Assembly (NCBI GenBank): GCA_964014485.1
Contig: CAXHAT010000089.1
Location: 1-29,472 of the forward strand
DNA length: 29,472 bases
Direction of reading: 5' to 3'
Origin: an uncultured Deferribacteres bacterium
GTDB lineage: Bacteria; Zhuqueibacterota; Zhuqueibacteria; Zhuqueibacterales; Geothermadaptataceae
Position 1 is the first letter of the stretch, and every line of letters starts with the position of its first letter. Positions 16,859-24,916 of the stretch are shown piece by piece. The position numbers and the translations under genes are program-made. Under the pieces are notes generated by a model. It was not told where the DNA came from, did not search any database, and was given only the letters and a program-made list of their open reading frames with translations.

Positions 16859-17052
16859 TCACTACCTGACACTTTTTGTACAGGCTTCTAACGCTGGCGA
16901 AAAAGGCCCCGTTTTGTCATTCTGGAAGAATCTTTGTTATCGCCCAGTACAGATCATGCTCAAAAGTTCAGGGGGCGGATCAAAAAAAGATGCTTCCAGC
17001 ATGACAATTCCGGCCTTTTTCGCCAGTTTTAGAAAAAAGTGTCAGGTAGTGA
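16859..17052. mobile_element. MITE copy 2
   Basis: Perfect TIRs TCACTACCTGACACTTTTT and AAAAAGTGTCAGGTAGTGA. Flanking direct repeat ACCCGCC at 16850-16856 and 17054-17060. Core 16915-17006 is about 90% identical to the reverse complement of the copy 1 core. Confidence 0.9.
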
Positions 17053-17086
17053 GACCCGCCTCACCAAATTGCGCGCTCGGCCGCTT

Positions 17087-17103
17087 CTGGCAGAAAAATT
17101 GCT
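17087..17103 (+). promoter_or_regulatory. sigma54 (-24/-12) promoter
   Basis: CTGGCAGAAAAATTGCT matches TGGCAC-N5-TTGC(A/T) with exact GG-N10-GC spacing and one mismatch; intergenic and oriented toward the CDS at 17221. Confidence 0.7.
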
Positions 17104-17220
17104 TTACACATTCGAATCAACAAAAAGCTTTTTTTGACCGGAAGAGTTGCTCAATGCTCACGCTTCGAAATATGATTCCTTCCCGCCTCAATCTCTTCCA
17201 AAACTTATTCGGGTTGTGTC

Positions 17221-18459
17221 ATGATCAAATCGATCCTTTTCAGCGCCGTTTTCTTCGCTTCTGCATCCGCAGCTTTCTGTTTTCAAACCATTGCAACGCA
17301 ACAAGACTGGGATGACGCTTTCGAACATCGGTACGGCGTGAGCGAGCCGTACATCGACGTGACGAACGGCGATGAACAAGGCGTTTTCTCCTGGCAAGCG
17401 CATTATTGGGTGCTGGCCTACGTCAACATGGCGATTGCTTTTGATGACGTGAAGTATTTGGAACGAGCGGAAAGACTGATCGACGTCATGTTGAGCCAGA
17501 GGGATGATGCGCGTCACGCTCGCGGCGAAATCGATGTTATCAGCGAGCCGTATTTTAGCGCGCCAATGTATTATTTGAAAAACCGGGGCGTTCCGGCGCC
17601 GGGGTGGAGAAACCTTGAATATAACAATGAAGTGCGCGTACAGACGCTGAACGACGGCCAAATCACGCAGGCAATCATGCGATTTGTTGACGCCGTTTTT
17701 TCTCGGCCTGCATTCGGAGCGTTTTTTATCAAAGCGGAAGAATATGTTCAAAAAGTCGAAGAAACGGTGCAGGCGCACAACACGCTTTTTGTTTTCGACA
17801 GGTTCGAAAATATTGCCGGGAGTTATTATTATCCGAATCCGGACGGCAGCCGGCTTTATTCCGGCGGCGTACCGTACAACCACAACGCAACGATGGGCGT
17901 TACGCTTCTTTTGCTGAACAAAGTCAAAGGCGGGGTTGCGGAATACCGGGACAAAGCGGAAGCCATTGTGGCGTACTTTAAGAATTTTGTAAGGCTTGGC
18001 GCGGGGGGCGGCTACGTTTGGGATTATAACTTACAAAAGCCAGCCGGCGGCGTGGAAGATTTTAACCACGGACACATTGACATTGGTTTTTTGTTGCTGG
18101 CTCACCAGGAAAAATTCGATGTGACCGAGCTGGATTTGCAACGACTGACCAACACTTTAACGCGACAACTTTATCTCGGCAACGGCGAATTCGCCTGGCG
18201 CGTTGACGGCAGCGACGTAAACGAAAAGAAAAATTATCTCCCCGCTGCTATCGATTGGATTGGGCTGGCGAGCAGAAATGAAAGAGCGTTGGAAATCGCC
18301 GAAGCGACATTCACAAAGCACTACCCCCAGCCTTACTGGTCCCGCCCTTTTCTCGGTTGGGCAAACATTTTACTTTGGCGAAAAACCATTGGTGAGAAGG
18401 ATGTGACGCCGCCTTCCAAGCCCGGCAGTTTAAAAGTGGAAATGAAGGTGAAGTTTTGA
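17221..18459 (+). CDS. Secreted protein of unknown function, possible (alpha/alpha)-barrel glycan-active fold
   Basis: Signal peptide MIKSILFSAVFFASASAAFC; helical segments such as DVKYLERAERLID, PYNHNATMG, YVWDY, EDFNHGHID; C-terminal DVTPPSKPGSLKV. Fold is inference. Confidence 0.7.
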   Translation: MIKSILFSAVFFASASAAFCFQTIATQQDWDDAFEHRYGVSEPYIDVTNGDEQGVFSWQAHYWVLAYVNMAIAFDDVKYLERAERLIDVMLSQRDDARHARGEIDVISEPYFSAPMYYLKNRGVPAPGWRNLEYNNEVRVQTLNDGQITQAIMRFVDAVFSRPAFGAFFIKAEEYVQKVEETVQAHNTLFVFDRFENIAGSYYYPNPDGSRLYSGGVPYNHNATMGVTLLLLNKVKGGVAEYRDKAEAIVAYFKNFVRLGAGGGYVWDYNLQKPAGGVEDFNHGHIDIGFLLLAHQEKFDVTELDLQRLTNTLTRQLYLGNGEFAWRVDGSDVNEKKNYLPAAIDWIGLASRNERALEIAEATFTKHYPQPYWSRPFLGWANILLWRKTIGEKDVTPPSKPGSLKVEMKVKF

Positions 18460-18464
18460 AGAAA

Positions 18465-19877
18465 TTACTGAAAATCCTTTGGCGATACGCCGAATTTTTT
18501 CAAACGGTACCTGAAAGCGTCGAGTCCCAAACTGAGTAATTTTGCGGACTTGCTCTGGTTGCCGTTCGTTTTTTCCAGAGCGTTGATCAGGAGCCTTTTC
18601 TCAACATCTTCAATGGAAAGTCCCGAATCGGGAATTTGAATATCATCAACATCCGTTTCGGCGCTTTTTCTCGGCTCAAAATTCTGTAGCAGCAAGTCAA
18701 TTTCCCCAATCTTGTTCCCTTCACAAAAAATCATGGCGCGCTCAATCACATTTCGGAGTTCGCGCACATTGCCCGGCCAAGCATAGCCCAAAAGTTTTTC
18801 GCGCGCTTGCGACGTAAATCCCTTGAGCTTTTTCTTCAGCTCTGGGTTTAGCGATTCCATCAGGCTGTCAGCGATTAGAACGACGTCTTCGGACAAATCC
18901 CGCAAGTTCGGCAATTGCAAGGCAACGACGTTGATCCGGAAAAACAAATCCTCGCGAAATTCTTTATTCCGCACCGCTTCCTGTAAATTTTTATTGGTTG
19001 CAGCGATCAACCGCGTTTCCACGCTTTTTACCTCAGTGCTTCCCAGGCGTCTGAAGTTTTTTGTTTCCAGAAATGTGAGCAACTTTGCCTGCAGCGCCAA
19101 CGGCATGTCGCCGATTTCATCCAGGAAAAGCGTGCCGCCATCGGCTTGTTCCAACAGGCCGGGCTTGTTCTCCAGCGCATGGGTGAACGCCCCCTTCTCA
19201 TAGCCGAAAAGCTCCGACTCCAACAACGATTCAGGAATCGCCGCACAATTTAATTCCACAAAAGGGCCTGATGGTTTTTCAGAATGCGAGTGAATGACTC
19301 TAGCCGTCAAGCTTTTCCCAGTGCCGCTTTCGCCCTGAAGCAGGACGGTTGTTTTCAAGGGAGCGATTTTGCCGACAGATGCGCGAAGGTGCTGCATTGG
19401 CGCGGAATTCCCCAACAATTGGCTTGAGAAATAGCGATTTGCCGCTGTCGCGTGGGCTCGGAGAACAGATGCTTCGTAAGCTTGTTGACGCGCCTGCTGT
19501 TCTAATCGAGCGGATTGCGTAACATCGTCGACGAAACAAAACAAGTCGCGGCGCGGCCCGTTTTTACGGGGGATAGCGGAAACGTTTAAATTACAATAGT
19601 GTATTTGACCGTTCGCTTTTGGGACATTGATCAATTCGATTTTGTAACTTCTTTTTTTTCCGCTCAGAATTTCGGGAATAATTTTTTCAACGCCGTGAAG
19701 CTCGGGAAAAACATCCCAAAGCGTCGATTCAAATCGCTTCAAAGTCCGGCCCTCAAAAAGCGGCGCGTACTTGGTGTGGCTGTAAGTCAGGGTGAGGCTT
19801 TCGTCGAAAACAGCAAATCCGCTGCGGGTCTCTTGCAACAGTTTCTTCAGACTGATGATTGCGTTTTCGGCGTTCAT
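18465..19877 (-). CDS. sigma54-dependent enhancer-binding protein (PAS-like, AAA+, Fis HTH)
   Basis: GESGTGKS, ESELFGYEKGAFTHA, TLFLDEI, FREDLFFRIN, WPGNVREL, C-terminal HTH; N-terminus is PAS-like with no receiver domain. Confidence 0.95.
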   Translation of the reverse strand: MNAENAIISLKKLLQETRSGFAVFDESLTLTYSHTKYAPLFEGRTLKRFESTLWDVFPELHGVEKIIPEILSGKKRSYKIELINVPKANGQIHYCNLNVSAIPRKNGPRRDLFCFVDDVTQSARLEQQARQQAYEASVLRAHATAANRYFSSQLLGNSAPMQHLRASVGKIAPLKTTVLLQGESGTGKSLTARVIHSHSEKPSGPFVELNCAAIPESLLESELFGYEKGAFTHALENKPGLLEQADGGTLFLDEIGDMPLALQAKLLTFLETKNFRRLGSTEVKSVETRLIAATNKNLQEAVRNKEFREDLFFRINVVALQLPNLRDLSEDVVLIADSLMESLNPELKKKLKGFTSQAREKLLGYAWPGNVRELRNVIERAMIFCEGNKIGEIDLLLQNFEPRKSAETDVDDIQIPDSGLSIEDVEKRLLINALEKTNGNQSKSAKLLSLGLDAFRYRLKKFGVSPKDFQ

Positions 19878-20410
19878 GCGTTCAAAATGGATTCGGCTAA
19901 AGTTTCAAACAAGGTTTGCACATTGTCCCCGGATTTTGCGCTGGTGAGAAGGAAAGGAGCCTTGTAGTTCTGCGCGATGGTCTGAAGCGGCTGCAGATCG
20001 CGCTGCGGCGGCTGAACAAGGTCGACCTTGTTTCCTGCGAAAATAAGCTTGGCGGCGGGGTTGAGTTCGATGAATTTTTTGATCTGAATAAGGTCTTCAT
20101 CGAAAGATTTCGGCCTGCATAAATCAGTCACGATAATTGCGCCGTCAGACCGGGTGAAATGGTTGATAACCAGCGGCGACATTTTTTCGACGTTGGCCAA
20201 ATCCCAAAGAATGAAAGTGAGCTGATCAGCGCCCTGTGCGTTTGTAGGCAAGCTCTCTAGTTTTTTTTGCACAACCAAAGCGCCGACTGTTGAAATGTAA
20301 TCTTCTGAAAAGATTCCGTGGACGAATCTGCGCACAAGACTGGTTTTGCCGACGCCAAAATGCCCCAGCATGCAAATCTTTTTCTTGAGAAGGCGCTTGC
20401 TATTTTTCAT
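19874..20410 (-). CDS. Stand-alone Rab-like (Ras superfamily) small GTPase
   Basis: G1 GHFGVGKT, G2 YISTVG, variant G3 WDLAN, G4 NKVD, G5 TSAK; 178 aa. Confidence 0.93.
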   Translation of the reverse strand: MKNSKRLLKKKICMLGHFGVGKTSLVRRFVHGIFSEDYISTVGALVVQKKLESLPTNAQGADQLTFILWDLANVEKMSPLVINHFTRSDGAIIVTDLCRPKSFDEDLIQIKKFIELNPAAKLIFAGNKVDLVQPPQRDLQPLQTIAQNYKAPFLLTSAKSGDNVQTLFETLAESILNA

Positions 20411-22151
20411 GGTACTCGATTGTCAGTTCGACGCGTCGATTCAGTGCGCGGCCGGCTTCCGTTTGGCTGTCTGCCGCTGGATTTGCCGCGCCTAAGCCTT
20501 GCGTTGTCAGAATATCGGGAGAAATTCCGAGAACGATCAATTCTTGTTGCACGGATTCCGCTCTTTTTTGGGACATTGCCACATTATTCGCCGCCGCGCC
20601 TACGTTGTCAGAATAGCCGACAACGCTGATCCGGCGAATTGTTGCATCCCGTAAAGCATCGGTAAGTTTTTGAAGCTTTGCCTTTTCTCCCTCAGGGACT
20701 CGCGAAGAAAACGCATCGAAGTATATTTTGACTGAATCCGTCAGGACGGCGTCTGCTGAGTTCAAGGAGATGTTGTTGACAATTATTTTGAAAGGCAACG
20801 ATCTTGCTAAAGTTTCGCCCGCCCACGATTGTTCTCGTTCGGAATTGACCTCTCCAAAAACCGTCAAAGTCGTACCGGAAATGTGGTAGCGGAAGCGTGA
20901 AAAGTCAATTGCCGCGCTTGAGTTCGCTAACAATTGAAGTATTTCATCGCGCTCCATTTTTGTCGCGGAGACGTTCAAATAACGGCTGTTGACGCTGTCA
21001 ACGCCCAATTCTTCTTTGGCGAAAGTCAGCAAGAGCCGCCGATCTGATGAGTCGGCGACTTCCCCTGCAAGTTCTAACGCGTCGTTGTTCACTTTAGCGA
21101 AAACGCGAGCATCTGAAAGCTCAGGCACGTTTCGTGCGTACTGCTCAATTTGGGTTGCAGCATCCTGTTTCGAAAAAACATTGTATAATTGAGAAACGCC
21201 AAGATAGAGCAAAAAAATAACAATTGCTGACACTGTGGCTAATTTGAAGCCTTGCGAGACCGTTGAGGTTGGAGGACTTGGGGTGACTTTACGGAAAAAT
21301 TCATCCTGCAAAAGCCGATTCAAACGCGGCGTGATCTGCTTGAAAACGGAAGAGTCGCCCTTGTACTTTCGAAATTCTTGATGCAAAAGGCTGTGGATTT
21401 TGCGTTCGCACCTGCCCAGCCGTGATTGGAAGGTCGGCGGAATTGCGCCTTTGGTCGCGGCGGCGAGATAGGCGTGGCGTCCCATTTCCAACGTAACGTC
21501 GCTTTTGTGATAGATCAGTTGCTGTAATTGATCCTCGTCGTCGTTGTCGAACATATCGTTTGCGAAATTCTGGATGGCGGCCAAAAGTCCTCCCAAAAGC
21601 TCTTTGGTGTTTTCATCTTTTCGTTGCTTTTTGGCGGCGTGGGCCAGGAGCAAGCCGGAGTCGCGCTGGAGAAGGAAGACTTCCTCCACGGAAAAAGGCA
21701 GCGCTTCTTGCAAAACTTGTTCTTTGACCGGTTTGCCAAACCATGCGTTAAAAATTTTTGTAAATCGACGCGTACTTAATGCAGCGTCAATTTTTTGGTT
21801 GAGCGTTTTGGTGAGTTTGCGGATGGCTTCGCTCATCGAACGCCTGATTGTTGCACCTATGACTGGGTAGAGCGCATCGATGACTTCTTCTTTTGATTCC
21901 TCGATTTGGCGCTTGATCGCCGGCCCAATGATGGGATAAAGCGCTTCGGCAAAACGCTCACGGCCTTCTACAATTTTGTCCCCGATGAGATCGACCAGCA
22001 ATGGATCAAGCTGCTCCAATAGTCTGTCGCTGTCCAAAATCTGAGCATCAAGCATTTTGAGCTGCTTTTCAATGCGTTCGAGGCGAGCGATGTCCTCGAT
22101 CAGCAATAATTCTCTCAGGCGTTCAAAGTTTTGTGTTGGCGGAAGCGACAT
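20400..22151 (-). CDS. Bitopic membrane protein: coiled coil, longin/roadblock-like domain, TM, BON-like x2, OmpA_C
   Basis: C-terminal IYFD...VVGYSDNVG..NVAMSQKRAESV...GRALNRRVE (OmpA); LELAGEV and LTVFGEV..IVNNI (BON-like); TM at about aa 302-323; VFLLQRDSGLLLAH..LLGGLLAAIQNF in the N-terminal half. Confidence 0.85.
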   Translation of the reverse strand: MSLPPTQNFERLRELLLIEDIARLERIEKQLKMLDAQILDSDRLLEQLDPLLVDLIGDKIVEGRERFAEALYPIIGPAIKRQIEESKEEVIDALYPVIGATIRRSMSEAIRKLTKTLNQKIDAALSTRRFTKIFNAWFGKPVKEQVLQEALPFSVEEVFLLQRDSGLLLAHAAKKQRKDENTKELLGGLLAAIQNFANDMFDNDDEDQLQQLIYHKSDVTLEMGRHAYLAAATKGAIPPTFQSRLGRCERKIHSLLHQEFRKYKGDSSVFKQITPRLNRLLQDEFFRKVTPSPPTSTVSQGFKLATVSAIVIFLLYLGVSQLYNVFSKQDAATQIEQYARNVPELSDARVFAKVNNDALELAGEVADSSDRRLLLTFAKEELGVDSVNSRYLNVSATKMERDEILQLLANSSAAIDFSRFRYHISGTTLTVFGEVNSEREQSWAGETLARSLPFKIIVNNISLNSADAVLTDSVKIYFDAFSSRVPEGEKAKLQKLTDALRDATIRRISVVGYSDNVGAAANNVAMSQKRAESVQQELIVLGISPDILTTQGLGAANPAADSQTEAGRALNRRVELTIEYHEK

Positions 22152-22165
22152 TGGGAAGGAAGAAT

Positions 22166-22534
22166 TTATTGTGAATTAACTTCTTTGCCCCATTGGATCA
22201 GAAACTCGCCCAACGCGGACTTGTCCATTTTCTCAGCTCGCAGTTGACCCAAAGCGCTTTCAAACGCGGCTTTCAGGGCTTCGACTTGCTGTTCGGCAAC
22301 GGCTTCATTCTGCGTAACGCGATCTTGCAGCTTGCTGATTGAAGCCTGAACTTCCGAATTGCTTTGCTTGCGCTCATCGCTGGTTTGAGCAAAATGTTTT
22401 CCGGTTTGTTCTTCGAACGCCGCGAGACGGTTTTCCAGTTCTGAAAACCGTTTTTCCCAAGCCTCGGCATGTTCTCCGAAAATAATTTCCTGAATCTGGG
22501 TGAATCTGTCAGTTTTTGGTGTGTCTTGAGCCAT
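22166..22534 (-). CDS. Small coiled-coil protein
   Basis: 122 aa with heptad pattern; QIQEIIFGE at the N-terminus and EKMDKSALGEFL at the C-terminus; 2-nt and 14-nt gaps to its neighbours. Confidence 0.8.
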   Translation of the reverse strand: MAQDTPKTDRFTQIQEIIFGEHAEAWEKRFSELENRLAAFEEQTGKHFAQTSDERKQSNSEVQASISKLQDRVTQNEAVAEQQVEALKAAFESALGQLRAEKMDKSALGEFLIQWGKEVNSQ

Positions 22535-22536
22535 GA

Positions 22537-23223
22537 CTATTCGCCTTGTCGAATTGATGTTCGTTTGTGCGCTTCTAACAACGCATCGGCAATGTTTTCG
22601 TGCTTCTTTTCGTGGGCTATGTCCAGCGGCGTTTGGCCGTTTTGGTTTGAGCGGGCGACTTCAGCGCCTTTCGAGAGCAAGCTTTGGACAATTGTTTCGT
22701 TGCCAACAGCAGCGGCATAGTGCAAAGGCGCCCAACCGCTCGCCTGTGCAACATTGACGTCTGCTCCGGCCTCTAACAGCATTTCGGCAATGGCGATTTC
22801 TCGATTTGCTAACGCTGAGTGCAGAGGCGCCACTTTGTTTTCGTTTTTGGAAGCCAGGTCTATCGCCGCGCCTTGCTCGATCAAGAATTCAACGATGTTT
22901 ATATGGCCGAAAAACGCGGCTAAATGCAACGGCGTCCACCCGTCTGACGAATAAGCGTTGACGCTTTCCGGGTTTTCAAGAACGGCTTTTCTGGTTTCTT
23001 CTTCTCGGCCTACAGCAACGGCTTCAAAAAGTGTCAATTGCGCCGCTTTCGAAAGCAAATATTCCGCGACTTCTTTTTTGCCGTAGTAAACGGCCAGCAG
23101 AATGATCGATTCTCCAGCCTCGGTTTCCGCGTGTATTAGCTGCGACGTTTTTTTGAGAAGCTTCTTTATTGCGGCAAGGTCTCCCGTTTTTACCGCTTCA
23201 ATGATTTCATTCTTTTGATCCAT
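22537..23223 (-). CDS. Ankyrin repeat protein
   Basis: GWTPLHLAAFFGH, APLHSALAN, GWAPLHYAAAVGN, GQTPLDIA. Start moved to ATG 23223 (MDQKNEIIEAV) to avoid overlap with the symporter gene. Confidence 0.92.
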   Translation of the reverse strand: MDQKNEIIEAVKTGDLAAIKKLLKKTSQLIHAETEAGESIILLAVYYGKKEVAEYLLSKAAQLTLFEAVAVGREEETRKAVLENPESVNAYSSDGWTPLHLAAFFGHINIVEFLIEQGAAIDLASKNENKVAPLHSALANREIAIAEMLLEAGADVNVAQASGWAPLHYAAAVGNETIVQSLLSKGAEVARSNQNGQTPLDIAHEKKHENIADALLEAHKRTSIRQGE

Positions 23224-23240
23224 GATCAAAATGAAAGCCC

Positions 23241-24686
23241 TTATGTTTGTTTCCGCTTCGTTAGAATTGGCGGGATCGCTGAGCCTGCACAAATGATAAG
23301 CGCCGCCGTCAAAACGATTGGCACGACGGGAAGAAAGCCAAAACTCAAGTCAGATGAAAGGAAACCGGTCTGAAAACCGACGACCATCGCTTCTCCGACG
23401 ACTATGGAAACGACGCAACTCACGGCGCTGGTATTTTTCCAATAGAGCACCGCGACCGTGGTTGGAAAGAGAACCGCCAACCCCGTAAAAGCTTGTGTTG
23501 CAATTTGAAAAATCGTCGCGGGAGGCTGGTAGGCGATGGCCAGGCCTGCGATCGCCAGAACGACAACCAGAATCCTGCCGACCAGCACTTGCCGCCCCAA
23601 CTGAGCGTCTTGTTTAAAGAATTTCATGTAAACGTCGCGGGTCAGCATGGAGCTTAACGCCAAAAGCTGAGAATCCATCGTTGACATAAAAGCCGCCAGC
23701 GCGCCAACCATCAGAAACGCGGCTAACCAGTCGGGTACGAACTTGTTCAGCATCATTGGAAGAATATTGTCCGCCGCTTTTCCGGCAAGGTCTGGAAAAG
23801 AGAGATGGCCAAGAACGCCGATGATAATTGGCCCGATGAACAGAACCGCGGTTACTATCGGATAAACAGCCGCCGAAATTTTGAGAGGACGGGAGGAGCC
23901 GGCCATAAAAAATCGCGTAAACATTTGAGGAAACATGGGAACGCACAATAACCAAAGGAGCATATAGCTGAACCAAAGTTTGTGCGTAAAAAAAACGCCC
24001 GCGCCTGATCGTGAGAACAATTCAGGCTTCGCAAGAAAGGCTTTTTTATTTGCTTCGGCGAGCCCGCCGTGATGCTCGCCAATAATCCAAACGGCCGCGA
24101 GCATCAGCGTGAACATGAGAACGCCCTTGAACACGTCCGTCCATGCAACGGAGCGCATGCCGCCAATGAAAACGTAGATAATTATGATCGCGGTGAGCGC
24201 GACAGCTCCTTGAAAATAGGACGCCCATCCGCCGGTCATTTCTTGCAAAAGCAAGCCTGCGCCAATCGGCTGGATGGCGAGATAGGGGATGGTAAAAACG
24301 ACCATAACGGCGAGGTAGACGAACTTCAGGATTTGGCTTGCAGTTTGTCCGCCGATCAATTCCGGAGGGGTGATATAGCCTTTCTTCTCCCCGAGTATCC
24401 GAATCTTGTCTCCCAGAAAATAAAATGACAGCGCGACAAACGCAGTTCCGAAAGCCATAATGCCGTAATAACTATAGCCGATGCGATATCCCGCTCCGGC
24501 GAAACCCAGGAAAAAGAAGGCGCTAAAGTTGGTGGCGATCAACGTAAAAAACAGCACGAAGGCTCCGGTTTTACGGTCGGCGAGAAAAAAATCCGTCGGC
24601 GTCTCTTTGCTTGCGCGAAAGCTTAGCACGCCAAGGACGAGCGTCAAGAGCAGATAGCCGGCAATAACCAGAAATTGCAGCATCAA
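23241..24686 (-). CDS. Sodium:solute symporter (PanF/PutP-like)
   Basis: FFLADR, ATNFSAFFFLGFAG, GYITPPE, GGMRSVAWTDVFKG, GALAAFMSTMDSQLL; about 13 hydrophobic segments. Confidence 0.92.
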   Translation of the reverse strand: MMLQFLVIAGYLLLTLVLGVLSFRASKETPTDFFLADRKTGAFVLFFTLIATNFSAFFFLGFAGAGYRIGYSYYGIMAFGTAFVALSFYFLGDKIRILGEKKGYITPPELIGGQTASQILKFVYLAVMVVFTIPYLAIQPIGAGLLLQEMTGGWASYFQGAVALTAIIIIYVFIGGMRSVAWTDVFKGVLMFTLMLAAVWIIGEHHGGLAEANKKAFLAKPELFSRSGAGVFFTHKLWFSYMLLWLLCVPMFPQMFTRFFMAGSSRPLKISAAVYPIVTAVLFIGPIIIGVLGHLSFPDLAGKAADNILPMMLNKFVPDWLAAFLMVGALAAFMSTMDSQLLALSSMLTRDVYMKFFKQDAQLGRQVLVGRILVVVLAIAGLAIAYQPPATIFQIATQAFTGLAVLFPTTVAVLYWKNTSAVSCVVSIVVGEAMVVGFQTGFLSSDLSFGFLPVVPIVLTAALIICAGSAIPPILTKRKQT

Positions 24687-24916
24687 GACCTATCGCTCCC
24701 TGCTGAGATGTTGGCGCGGCTCCAGTAGTATTTTATGTAGATGATGATAACGGCGGCGAGAAATATTTGCAGCCAGAAAAAATAGTAGATCCAGCCAGGG
24801 AGGCCAAAAGCGGACAAAGCGATTTTTTCGCCCCAACGCCAAAAATCTAACGAGAGCATAAATATCAGGCCAAAAACGGCAAACCAGACTGCTTTGTTTT
24901 GCAAGAAGGACGACAT
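24683..24916 (-). CDS. Small 2-TM symporter-associated protein (DUF3311/DUF997-like)
   Basis: DFWRWG...FGLPGWIYYF; ATGA overlap with the SSS gene. Confidence 0.75.
   Translation of the reverse strand: MSSFLQNKAVWFAVFGLIFMLSLDFWRWGEKIALSAFGLPGWIYYFFWLQIFLAAVIIIYIKYYWSRANISAGSDRS

Noticed and set aside
19180..19197. GAFTHA in place of GAFTGA in the activator
   Set aside because: The critical F and T are retained and position 5 varies naturally, so it is not evidence of sigma54 independence.
23224..23292. Upstream start of the ankyrin ORF
   Set aside because: Would overlap the symporter by 52 nt; ATG 23223 fits the operon spacing.
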